Assembly: GCA_016618085.1 (NCBI GenBank)
Contig: JABLTG010000124.1
Coordinates: forward strand, 1 to 62,510
From: Neovahlkampfia damariscottae
Taxonomy: Eukaryota
Direction: 5' to 3'
Length of the DNA: 62,510 bases
The position numbers and the translations under genes were made by a program. This document shows, piece after piece, positions 22,513 through 35,205 of the stretch. Within the stretch, counting starts at the first letter, position 1. Every line of letters starts with the position of its first letter. The notes beneath the pieces were generated by a model. The model saw nothing but the letters and a program-made list of their open reading frames with translations, ran no database searches and was not told where the DNA came from.

Positions 22513-24177
22513 TCAATTGAACCATGAATTTATTTCAGTGTATGCAACTGTAATTGTACAAGCGATTGATAAGAATGTTCCAACTACAATCATCAAGATT
22601 GGAATGATTGAGTACAATAATTTCTTCATTGAAAATGATTTTTCTTCATAAACAACCAATTTTAAATACCTTTTTTGATGATTTTTAATGAATGAGGTCT
22701 TACATTAAACTTGGGAGAATGTACATGATGAAAATTCCAGCAGCTGCACCAACAAAACCAAAAACAACTCCAACCTTCGGAACTACACTTGATACTAAAT
22801 CATTTAGTACAGTATATATAAATATTACATATAAATGTTGAAGAAACAAGTAAAACTGCCCAAAAATAATGTCGCCAATATGCAAACTCTTTTCCAGGAA
22901 AGAAGAGTATATTCAAAGCATTTCTACAAGCATAACTTAATAATAGTCAATAAAATAATTAGAAATACGTTTGTAGAGGATAAGAAAATATAGCAGTAAA
23001 TGATATTCCAAGTTGAGCAATCACAATAGCAAGATTGAATTTTTGAGTTTCGAAATTTTTCAACACATTTTCCATTGTTTTTCCGTAGAAAGATAAGTAA
23101 CCAATAACTCCACAAACCATATAGATGATTGCATAAATGAGAACAGCAATTCTTGTTGACCATTCCATTCTTGGAACTGATTTACCTTTTAATTCTTTCA
23201 TTATAGGAAAAGTTAAAATATGACAATTCTGAGCAAATATGATAATAGGAAACGCTAAAAAAATATCAAAGGAAAAGTTGAATAGCACGATTGGATTCTC
23301 TGGATTCTCGATAATTTCAGTGAATGGGAAAAATATTCTAAAAACGATGATTAATCCAACCATGTAAAAGACAGCAAATATAGCAATGGCACTGATAAAA
23401 TAATTTAGGAAATGCAAATTCTTCTTACCTTGGATATTTGAGTGAGTCTAAATTTTTCAAGCAAGTTAAAGGGAAAATAAAAAATAAAGTGATTAACCCA
23501 GTAATGACTATGTATTTTTTAATTTAATAAAATATCTTACAATATCTGTTCAAGAATATCCAATGAATCTTTCCTCCTACTATATGTTGATTTATAGTTT
23601 GTAAGAGTGGTGGAAATGAATCAGCTAAAATAATAAGAAATACAATTTGATTTCCGAAAGTAATTAAACCTAATAAAATCTAAAACTTGTTAAATAAGCT
23701 AATTATAATACTCTCATTAAAATTCCAAAAAATTTTCCAAAAGCTTCTTGAAGAACCTGTTCGAAATTTTTAACATCTTTGAGAAATTTTTTACTTCATC
23801 ATAATTGTATTTTTTTGTATGTTCGATGCAATAAACAATCATCCTCAATGAATATATTGTCATGGATATTGTAAATGATAGTATTAAAATACCACCTATT
23901 AAACCAGCACATTTAAAAGCCTACCAATAAGAAAAGAAATGACTTACATAAGGAACTGCTAAAACTCCAGCTCCAACAGCAGCATTTGCGATATTAGATA
24001 CAGTTCTAAAAGATTGTTAAAGTCAGAACAATTTTTCACGTACGAGAAAATATTTGCATTTCCTTCATCCTCTTGATTCTCATTGTAAGGAGCTTCATTT
24101 ACTTGAATTCCTTCTTTTGCTTCATAAATCGGCTTTGATTCTTCAAAATATCCAACTTCATATTCAATATTATCCAT
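22513..24177 (-). CDS. Amino-acid transporter (Aa_trans/SLC38-like), multi-exon, copy 1
   Basis: ANAAVGAGVL, AFPIIIFAQNCH and SYPLQ motifs; many TM helices. Confidence 0.88.
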
Positions 24178-24348
24178 TGTTAAAAATCGGTTGTTAAAAA
24201 AAACCTACCAATCAAATCAATTTATATTTGGAGTTGAAGTTCATTTTCAAAAAATAACTTCAAGTTCATTTCCAGAAATGAGAAAATTAATTCATTTCTG
24301 AAATGAACAATTTCCCAAATGGAAAAGAAAACTAACAAAAAAATTTGA

Positions 24349-25976
24349 TTAAAACCAAGTTTTAATTTCAGAATAGGCAACAGTGACTGTGCAAATAATA
24401 GCTAAAATAGTTCCAACAATAATCATCAACATTGGTAAAATAGATTGAATCACTTTTCTAACTGAAAATATCTTCTCCTCAAATACCACTAATTTCATGA
24501 AACTTTCAAGAAACTTAAATGAGATAATGAAACTTACATCAATCCAGGAATAACGTACATCACAAAAATGCCAGATGATGCTCCAATGAATCCAAACACC
24601 ACTCCAATCTTTGGTACAACACTTGAAACTAAAATCATTAAATTCTCTAATTTTTTCTTACTAACAAATGAAAATACAACCAATGCAGCTGCCCATGCGC
24701 AATGTCTGGTGTAAGAAAATTCTTTTTCAGCAAAAAATAAAAGATTTAAAGCATTTCTACATGCAAAAGTTTGTAATGGATATGAAAATAAAGCAGTAAA
24801 AGAAATACCAATTTGAGCCAATGTGATAGGAATGCTGAATTGGTCCGAAACTAAATTTTTTAAAACATTTTCATTCGTTAATCCATAAAATGATAAATAT
24901 CCCATTACTCCGACAAGCATATAAACGATAGCATAAACAGAAACACCTATTCTTGTTGACCATTCCATTCTTGAAACTGTAGGTGCTTTTAACTCTTTCA
25001 TAATTGGAAATGTCAAAATATGACAATTTTGTGAAAAGATGATAATAGGAAAAGCTAAAAATATATCAAATGAAAAGTTAAAGAGCACTATTGGATTATT
25101 TGGATCTTCAATAATTTCCGTATAAGGAAAGAATATTCTGTAAACAACAATCAAAGCAACTAAGTAAAAAACTGAAAAAACAGCAATAGCACTGATAAAG
25201 TATTTAAACGAAGCTTTTTTTGTTACCTTGGATATTTTAATGAGTCTAAATTTTGTAAACAAGTCAAAGGTAAAATAATTCCAAAAGCAACAACACCAGT
25301 AATAACTTTGTTGTTAAAAAAAAATGATAAGAATTATTTTCTTACAATATCTGTTTAAAAATAACCAATGCAATCTTCCTTGGAGAAAATGAGTGTTTAG
25401 AGCTGATAAAAATGGAGGAAATGAATCACCTAAAATAATCAAATAAACAATTTGATTTCCAGTGGTAATTAAGACTAATAAAAGCTAAAATATTATCAAT
25501 TTTATAAAAATTACTCTCATAAAAATTCCAAAAAACTTTCCAAATGCTGCTTGTAACACCTTTTGAATTTTCAATTTTTTTTTTTAGTTACTTCATCATA
25601 GTTATATTTTTTCGTTTTTTCAACTGAGTGAACAATCATTCTCAATGAGTAAATAGTCATCAAAAGTGTCAATGTGAGTATTACAATACCACCTATTAAT
25701 CCTGCACATCGAAAAGCCTTAAAATTTCAAATAAAAAAAATTGTACATATGGTAAAGCTAATACACCTGCACCTACAGCTGCGTTGGCAATGTTGATAAC
25801 AGTTCTTTTAGATGTGAAAAAAAAAAAAATTACGAAAGAATTCCGGCTTGACCTTCCTCATTTTCTTTATAATACGTAGTATCTTCGATTTGTATTCCTT
25901 TGACAGTAGAATCTGAAATTAAAGGTTGAGCCTCTTTGTGAAATTCATACTCACTTGAGGTTTGTTCTTTACTCAT
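24349..25976 (-). CDS. Amino-acid transporter (Aa_trans/SLC38-like), multi-exon, tandem paralog copy 2
   Basis: Same motifs as copy 1 (ANAAVGAGVLALPY, AFPIIIFSQNCH) and collinear with it. Confidence 0.88.
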
Positions 25977-26163
25977 CGGAAGCAAAATAGAACAAAAAAT
26001 TCGACCAATCATTTTTCCGTTTTGACATTTTAGAAACCGAAACTGGATGTGTCAAAAGGATGTCAAATGAATGATTCATACCGAATAAAAACAAGAAGAA
26101 AATCTTTTTAGTAATAAATTCCTATTTCATTAATTCATCACAGTCATTAATCCTGAATATATT

Positions 26164-28693
26164 TCACAAAGTATTCTCCTCGTTCATCAAATTCAACAAT
26201 ATTTCAACTAAATTTTCAATTTTCAAAATTCTTTCTTTCTTAATTTTCTCTGATTTTTCAATGAATTCTTTGGTTATTTTTTCTTCATTTTGTTTTAAAT
26301 TTTTCATTAAATCTTCATAATTATCAGGTTTCAAACTTTTCAATCTTGCAATTTCATTGTTGTTTTCTTTCTTAAAATCTGTCAATCTGACCTTTGCAGA
26401 TGAAAAATCATCACAAAATTGAAGATAAAAATCAAGCCATTCCAATAAACAAATCTCAAAATGATCAAGAAATCTTGTTGATTTTGCATTCAAATCTTGA
26501 AAATTTAAATTGATTTCATTCAAATTATCATTCGTAATTACCCTAGAAAATTGTAGAATTTCTTTCATTTTTTCTATATTCTCTTTTGTAGAATGAAATA
26601 TTGATTCGGAATTTTTTTTTAAAGTCTGATATAAGTATTTTGAATTCATAATATCATTTCCAATCTCTTTGAATTCATCCTTCTCCCAAAATGATTTTGC
26701 ATAACTTGTGATACTAGAAATTGTCTTTGTAATATATGAAGGAGCATTAATTTGTTCTTTAAATTTGTTAAATTCTTCTTCATTATCTAAATACAAAAAT
26801 TTCTTAAAAATATCAAGGTTGGATAACTCAGAATCCTCAGAAATACAATCTAATTCGAGAATTAAAAAAGAAAAAAAATTACAAATAAATTTTGAAAATG
26901 CTCTTGCTCTTTGATTAACATTTGCAGTTGAATAATATTCTTTTGAAGGTAAAGATGGTATGATACACTACAAATTGTTAATTTTATTAATTTATTACTC
27001 CAATAGATGATTCACTTTTGATTAATCCATAATACAATAATTCAAAATCAGTGTATCTTCTGTAGATATCAATATCAGAAGTTTTGATATTATAGACAGT
27101 ATGTGAATCCTTTAAATCATTTTTCTTCATTGGTTGAAATGAATCTCTTAAATTTAAAGAATTCATTCCTAAATCAATTGTCAAAACATTTTGAAGATAT
27201 AATTTCATCTTTTCATCATATTTAATTGATTTTTTCTTTTGAAAAGTAAATTCGATTTCCAAGAACATTTCAATAATAGATTTTGTTGAATTTTCAATTT
27301 TCAAAGTAAAATTTTTTTTTTCTTGTTCAAATATTTTTGCTGCTTCTTTTAGTATTTCTTCTTGTTTTTCTTTTTCTTCTTCTGCCATAATTTCACTCCA
27401 TCTTGTTCCATTTTCTTTTTTTTGTTTTAATTTCTCGCAAGAATCATCAAATGATTTTTTTAATGCAGTTAAATTTTTCAATGTTTGAATAAATGAATTC
27501 ATTTTCCATTGATTATAATTTATATTTTCAATGATTTCAGTTTCAATTTTTTTTATTTCTTCTTTCACTTTTTGTTCATATTTTTCAATTTTTGATTTGA
27601 AAATTTGAACAAGAGTTGTATGATTATTTTCTTGAAATCTAAATTCTGTTATTTCAAATTTGTCAATAACATCAATAAAACATTTCAAATTTTCAATAAT
27701 TTTCTTTTTTTTTGTGATTATTGACTCAATGGATGATTTTAACTGTAAATTATTTGTTGATAATTTTTTAATGTATTCTTCATCTTCTCTGAACAGAGAA
27801 TCAATTGAATTTGAAAAAAATGATAAAACAGAAGATATAGTTGAATTGGATGTTTCTGATGGTTTAGTTTCAATTTGTGTGTAATTTTCAAAATCTTCTT
27901 CTTTCAAAGTTAAGAACTTTTGAAATGCTTCAGTTTTGTTTAAAATATCATTTTCACCAGTTTCATCTATTCATAAATTGTCAATAAATAATAATTTTGT
28001 TACTTAAAAATCTGAAGAAATTAATAGAAAAAAAAAAAACTTCAAAAAAGATCTCTTTCTGATTTCTAATGAATTTGAATTATCAACTTCATAAACTTTT
28101 TCAATTGTTAAAAATATATCTTTATCAGGTATTGGTGGTGAAATCATTCCAAAAGGACAAGTTTCTAATAAATTTTTTTTTTGTTAAAAATTTTAAACTC
28201 AAACCAAAAAAATTTGTCAACCATTTGAAATCAGAGTATCTTCTATATACAACATTCAAAGTATTTGTTTCTGTTTCAATAGATTTTATTTCATAAACCC
28301 AATGAAATTTTGATAAGTCCCCTGAAAAAAAATTATAAAAATCTGACGGATAAATTTACCTGGAACCGGTTTCTTTTTGGCTTCTGAGACTTGAAACTTT
28401 TGAAATGGAAAAGATGATTTCATCTGTTCTTTTGAAACTGTTTTTAGATTTTCTTTTTCGTTTTCTTTTTCGTTTTTATTTTCGTTTTTTTCATCTGTAA
28501 TATTTTCTAAAGGCTCCTCTTTTATTTCATTTACAATTTTGTTTTCCTGATTTTCCTGCTCTTTTGGATTTTTTTGTTCTTTTTCGTTTTCTGTGATTTT
28601 TGTCTGTTTTTTATGAAAGAAATATGAACCTAAAAGAAATAAAATGATCGAAATTCCTAAAATTATTGTTATTACCAGTGTAATGATCTCCAT
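26164..28693 (-). CDS. Sorting nexin-like protein: N-terminal TM followed by two PX plus helical (BAR-like) modules
   Basis: WVYEIK..VYRRYSDFKWL and TVYNIK..IYRRYTDFELL..IIPSLPSK PX motifs, each followed by a long coiled-coil region; hydrophobic N-terminus. Confidence 0.78.
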
Positions 28694-28903
28694 TTCAACT
28701 CAAAAACAACCGAAATTGCAGATAGATGATTGGTTAGCTAAAATTAGCAAACTTGAAGAAATAATGTAATAAGGTTTAAAAAGTGATAATTTTGAAATTT
28801 TCAATAGACAGGCGAAAAAAAGAAAATTCACTTTGGGAATTGAAACCAACAGTAACAAATTTCAACTACAATACAAATTGCTTCATTTACCAATCATAAA
28901 GTG

Positions 28904-29700
28904 ATGAAGAGAAAGTTGCAAACTGACAATAAAACAACTCACAAGAAATTTAAAAATCAAAAACCAGTTGAGTTCATACCTGAGTTATTGAACAACATAT
29001 TATCATTCTTGCCACAAGAAGATAAGTTTTATTCTAATTTTACAAAAGTTTCAAAACAATTTTATGAAATATTTTATGACTCTCCTTTTTCAAGCTCTTT
29101 CAAATTAAAAAAAATACTAAATGACACTGATGAACTTGAATTTAATGAACAACTAAAGAATTTTGAAAAAATGAAAACAATTTTAAAAAAGAAAGAATCA
29201 GATTTGAAATCTATTGAATTACAAAATACCATTAAACAACACTGGATAACAACATTGAGAAAAAGTAAACAGAAAACATATCTTAAGATTATTGAAAAGA
29301 AAAAGATAATCCTTACTCAAATGAAGCTATGAAAGTACTGGAAACAATTCCTGAAAATATCAAAATTCTTGAAACTTCTGAAATCAATGCATCATGTTCC
29401 ACAGACAAACACTGCCATTTGAAACTTTTTGATGTTGATTTATGTTTTAATTCTTTGAGTTTAGATACTTATCGTGGGGAAAATGGTTGGTCTGTTAGAA
29501 CATCAGAAAAAACAATTATTGATTTCAAAGAAAATGATGACGAAAAATTATACTTTGATGTTTCATTGAATGTGATGAAAAAAGTGATGAACTTGAAATT
29601 GTCAGATGATGAATATATTGATATGTTCAATGATTTGGCCTCTTTTGTTGTTGAAGTTGATATGGATCATTCAACTTCAGAAGCATATCATCTTTTTTGA
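28904..29700 (+). CDS. F-box protein (probable intron 29265-29299)
   Basis: IPELLNNILSFL..VSKQFY F-box; a 35-nt GT-AG intron joins the two ORFs in frame. Confidence 0.72.
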
Positions 29701-29721
29701 TTGGTAGTCAAACATGAATAT

Positions 29722-31567
29722 TTAATACATAATTTCTTGTTCCCATTTGTTTCTGTAATCTTCAAAACTGCCATTAAATTTCTTGATTGTTGAATTTTCA
29801 CAAACCCAAATTTCAGCTCCAAGTGATTCAATTAAATGCTGATCATGAGATACAACTAAAACACCACCTCCATATCCATTCAAAGCATCAATCAATGCTT
29901 CAATAGTTTCAAGATCTAAATGATTTGTAGGTTCATCAAGTAATAATATATGAGGTTTCATGAAAGAAATCATTGCAACTAAGAATTTAAAATTGATTTT
30001 GTTGACTTACACATAATTCTACTTTTTTGACCTCCTGAGAGAGTATAAATTGGTTGCATTGCTAATTCACCACTTAAACCTAATCTTCCAAGATGACTTC
30101 TAAGTTCTTGACTTTCTGAATCTTCAAATTTTGTTTGCATAAATTCCAAAGCAGATTTTTTAAGATCCAAATTTTCAACATGATGTTGTGAAAATTTTGC
30201 AACTCTAATTTTTGAATTTCTTGTCATATAACCTTCAGTTGCATCTAATTCACCTTCTAAAACTTTCAGGAAAGTACTTTTTCCAGCACCATTTGCTCCA
30301 ACTAAAGCAATACGTGTTAGACTATCTAATTTAAAATTCATGTTTGAAAAAATTGATTTTTTTTGTCCTGGATATGTAAATGAAATATCTTGTGCATGAA
30401 TATAAGGAGAACTTTCTTCACTTGGTGAATCAATTTCAAAAGAGAATGGTGTTTCTTCTTTAACTTCTTTAACAAAATCTGTTTTTTCGAGCATTTTCAT
30501 TCTAGATTGAACCATTTTTGATCTACTTGATGCTTTAAAACGTGTAATAAATTTTTCAGAAACTTCTTTTTGTCTTTGTTGAGCTTCATATTTTGACTGT
30601 TGAGCTGTTAATAATTCTTCTCTGACAGAAAGAAAAGAATCAAAATCACCTTTATAATTTGTCAAAGTTTGATTATCTAAATGAATAATATCAGTACAAA
30701 CTTCATTTAAAAATCTTCTATCATGTGAAACAACTAATAAAGTTTTTTCATATGTGATTAAATAATTTTCCAACCAAAGTACAGCATGTAAATCTAAATG
30801 ATTTGTAGGTTCATCAAGTAATAATAATTCAGGTTCAATAAACAAAGCTCTTGCTAATGCAAGTCTCATTCTCCAACCACCAGAAAAATCCTTTGTGTTC
30901 ATTTTTTGCATATCTGGTGTAAAACCAAGACCATGAAGAAGTGAACATGCTTTTGCTTCAGCTTCATGAGCTTCAATTTCTTCCATTCTTGCATAAATTT
31001 CAGTTAATCTTCCACCATCTTTGTTTTGACTGAGTATTTTTTTTTCTTCTTCAAGTAATTGTTCACGTTCAACGTCAGTTTTCAATAATAGGTCAATAGC
31101 CTTGTTATAAATTAAAAATAATATTGTTTTACTGAAATACCTTCACCCATAACTTCTTGTTCAATGTGCATAATTTGCATATCTTCTGGTATTCCTTCAA
31201 TTTCTGTTTCTTCAATTTGACGTAATAATGTACTCTTTCCAGTACCATTTCTACCAACTAAACCATATTTTCTACCACTTGACAATTTCAAACTGGAATC
31301 TTCCAATAAAGTAAATTGACCAACAGTAATTGTGATATCACGACAATGAACATCTCTTGATTCAGGTAAATAAAGTTTTTGTAAATTTTGTTTTTGTTCA
31401 ATGATTTCTGATCTTTTTAAAAATGCTTTATACAATTTATCTTTTTCTTTTTGATTCTTGTCATTTTTTAAAGCTTTTCTGTTTTTTTTTTCATTGAAAG
31501 ACAGTTCATCACCTACATATGCTGATTCTGTATTTGAACTTGATTTTGATTTTGTTTTCTTTCCCAT
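29722..31567 (-). CDS. ABC-F family ATPase (ABCF/GCN20-like), 3 exons
   Basis: Two nucleotide-binding domains: GRNGTGKS/FSGGWRMR/LLLLDEPTNHLD and GANGAGKS/LSGGQKSR/LLDEPTNHLD; no TM domain. Confidence 0.95.
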
Positions 31568-31696
31568 TTGTAGAATTACTCTTTGTTTCTTTTTCTAAAT
31601 GGAACAACAATTCTTTTTTGTAAACGTCACTCTTTTTATCCAATCACATGAGGTTCCAATTCGGAAGAAAAAAATATTTTTACAAAAATTTAAAGT

Positions 31697-34600
31697 TTAA
31701 TTATAAGATTCTTCTTCATCTGGAATTTCTCCAACACCTCCTGTGACACCAATTGGTTCTGGTGGTGGAGAAGGTGGTTTTGGAATTTCTGATTCTGTAA
31801 CTACAGCCATTGTAACAGGTCCAACATATCCATCTGTTTCTTTTGGAGCAGGTGGAGGTGAAGGTGGTGTAGGTGGTGTAGGTTCTCTTGGAACTTCTGT
31901 TTCTGTGACTGTTGCCATTGTAACAGGTCCAACATATCCATCAGTTTCCCTTTGATCTTTTTCGTTCACCATTGCCATTGTAACAGGACCAACATATCCG
32001 TCAGTGTCTGTTGTACCTGAAAAATCAATTTCTGGTAATGGTTCAAATTGAATTGGAACATCTGATTGGATTGGTTCTTGTTGAATTGTTGGAACATCTC
32101 TTTGAATAGGAGGCATATTTTGTTGCATTGGTGCTTGTTGTTGACCAGGTTGTGGTTGAATTGGATTTCCAAATTGATCATATTGATAATTAACGATATT
32201 ATAAGTGATTGTTGTTGTGGTCGTTGTTGATGATTCATTTGTATTTGAATTTGTTGAAGTTGTATTTGATTGTGGGTTGATAAGTGGAATTTCAATTGGT
32301 TTTGGTTTTCTTTTATCAGGAATTTCTTTATAAGGATGACCAACTTTTTTTGTTGTTTCAAGTAAAACTGGATACATAGCGGCGAATAAAAAGCCAATAA
32401 TAAAACAACAAATAGTTGCAACCCAAGTTGATAAAATAGCTCCTGTACATAAACTCTTTTGAATTTGGTTTTCATAAAAATCACCAAATTTCGAGCATTG
32501 AAGAAAATCATAGACAGTTTCAGTTGAATTACTCAAAAGACCAAAAACTTCCCTATAAAGCGCTGTACCATTATCTTTCAAGTAATTAATTTCAAGTCCA
32601 AGTAAATCAACTTTTGCATAGATTTTTGGAGGGATAACATTAAGACCATCTTTAATTTTATTTGTATTGTTGATTCCTAAATCAATATTGTTCAAATAAA
32701 CGATTGCGTCTTCAATATTTCTGGTATAATTTACAATCTTTTGTTCAGCAAGTGTTCGTTGTTCAATATACGTTAATAAATTGACTTTTGTTGTATTGAA
32801 ATATTTTTCGTCTATGCTTGTGTTATTATAAGGTGGTGTAAAAGGATCTAAACTTGTTAGATTCGTTTCCGTAAAGAAATCGCCTCCAATACTCAAACTC
32901 CTGTTATTCAAATCATTAAACGTTTCATTGAAAAGAGTTTGATTAAAACCTAATTTGGGATTGGTGATAACAAGTTGGGATTTAATACCATTTAAATTAC
33001 TCTTTTTAAATTTTAACAAATAAGAAAATTCTTACAACATAAGATGAAATGTTGGTAATTTGATAATTAGGAACCAAAGCATCAAGTTGACCAAAAATTG
33101 CAGTTGTTTCATTTTTAACTGATTCAATTGTTGGATTGAAATCAAAAGCATTAATTACTTTTTGTGCTTGAGAATCAATACCATCTAAGAATCCAGTGAT
33201 ATTATAAGTTGTTGTATCAAATCCAATTCTATCAACTAAATTTTCTGTTCCTTTACATTGTAGTGTATTTTGAATAGCTCCAGATAATGAAAAGTTACCA
33301 ACATCAGAGTTGAGAGGTAATTCGAAACCAATGGTTCTACCAACATCTTTGTCGAATCTACTAATTAAAACTTGATGATTATTGCAAATATCACCAAAAA
33401 AGATAGAAATTAATAACTGAAGTGCTGCTAAAACAAAAAATATCCACATACAACACCAATTATAACAAGATAAACTTTTGTTTTTTAAAGGAAATAAAAC
33501 TTACCATTTCATGCAACAGTGAAGAGGACTGAGTCCAATTACAATAGCACAAATACCAAAAACTAAAATAATAGCAGGAAGAACATAGATGATTGAATAA
33601 ATTGCTGTCAAAGCATCTTGTGAAGCTAAAACAATAGTTTGAACCATTTCTCTTCTTTCTTTTGGTATGTATTGTTGAATAGTGCTATTAACTAAATCAG
33701 TTCCTGTTTTAATTGTTGTTTGAGCACTTGTCATTGACGCTTCAGCACCAGAAAGAATATCTGAAACAGATGACTGAGCACCAGAAATAGCCCCGTTGAC
33801 AGAACTTTCAATTCCTGTTGTAGCTGTTTTAACTTGATCCAAAGCACCCTTAGCAGCAGTTATTGCTTGATCAATCACTGTTGAAATATTAGGAACAGTA
33901 GCTGGTGTATCAGTCAAATCACCAGCATTTTCACCATTGGTAAATTCTTGATTTACTGCCAATAAAGCTGTATTATTTCCTTTAATCAAATTTGCTTCAT
34001 ATTCAAGGTTGGCAATCTATATTGTTTTTAAAAAAAAAAAAAAAAAATTTACAAATGGATCCAGGTCATTGATGGTGTTCACCATACCTGAAATAATAGG
34101 TGTAATTGAACCTGTAGAATAAACTGTATCATTTGCTTTTTTAAGAATCTTTCTTGCTCCTGTAAAAGTTGTTTCAACTAAAGAAGCACCTTCGTCTGTT
34201 AAAGTAATCAAATCTTCTACAGTTCCACCAACTGATCTTGTAACATTTTTGACAGATTCATTAAATACAATCGTAAAAATAACAGCTCCAAGACAAGTGA
34301 GACTAATTTGTTTAAAAAAGATGTTTTTCTTACACAAGTGTGAAGAATAAAAGAACATAAGGTATTAAAGTGAGTAATCTTCTTGGTGTTTTATAACCAG
34401 TAACTGTATAACCAAGTTCAATTAATTTATCTTCTTCATCGTCTTGAACCATTTTTTTGGTTCTGTAACTTCTGACACATGAACCACATAACTCCATTGG
34501 AGAGTATGAAGATTTTGAAGGTATTAACATTACACAACTATTTAAAAATAAGATATATGTTATTTATCAAACCATCTTGAAAAATAAAAACAAGTCATTC

Positions 34601-35006
34601 CGCAACAACAACAGCAACATAAAACCAAAGGAAATATGAGCATAATTATTAAATAGTATAAATATCCAATCCATCCAGCTATTGAAAATGTGTCTTCTGG
34701 GTACTTTGATGAAGGTGAAGCAAACACTAAATCCATTGGGTTTGCCCATTGATCTGTAAAAATACTTGCATTGAAACTGAATGTGTAATTTTTCAATCTC
34801 TCTGGTATTTTAGGTATTGGAAAAGGTATTGTAAAATTGATTTGTGGTATTTTTGGTAGAACAATTTCATATGAAGGATTCGAGTTCATTGTTTGTTTTG
34901 AATTTTGGACATCTTTTGAAGGTTGTTCAAATTTTCCCAAATTTCCATTAGCATTGAATATTAACAGTAAAAATAGTAACGTCAGGAAATGTTTGTGTGA
35001 ACTCAT
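31697..35006 (-). CDS. Prominin-like 5-TM membrane protein with a Pro-rich tail, multi-exon
   Basis: Signal peptide, TM1 with a Cys cluster, two large helical ectoloops, GDIC after TM4 and LQC..Y..LC before TM5. Confidence 0.65.
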
Positions 35007-35205
35007 CGAAACACAACGTCTATTAATCAAGTTGATAAAAGTTAACCAATGAAATGGTATTAAAATAAACGGCAACTTCTCTTTCATTGGTTCATAAGGT
35101 AATTTATTTTTGGAGTGTTAAAAATTTGTTTCTTTTCAAGAATATTTTAAAAATAAAACAGAAAAAAATTGACAAAATTTTTATTGGTCAACATTTGATA
35201 GAAAT

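Noticed and set aside
29260..29332. Overlapping ORFs 28901-29332 and 29329-29700 resembling translational coupling
   Set aside because: A 35-nt GT-AG intron (29265-29299) joins them into one F-box gene
29802..29810. Internal AAACCCAAA (also near 42228) as a telomerase RNA template or interstitial telomere
   Set aside because: Both are single short matches inside coding exons and are expected by chance
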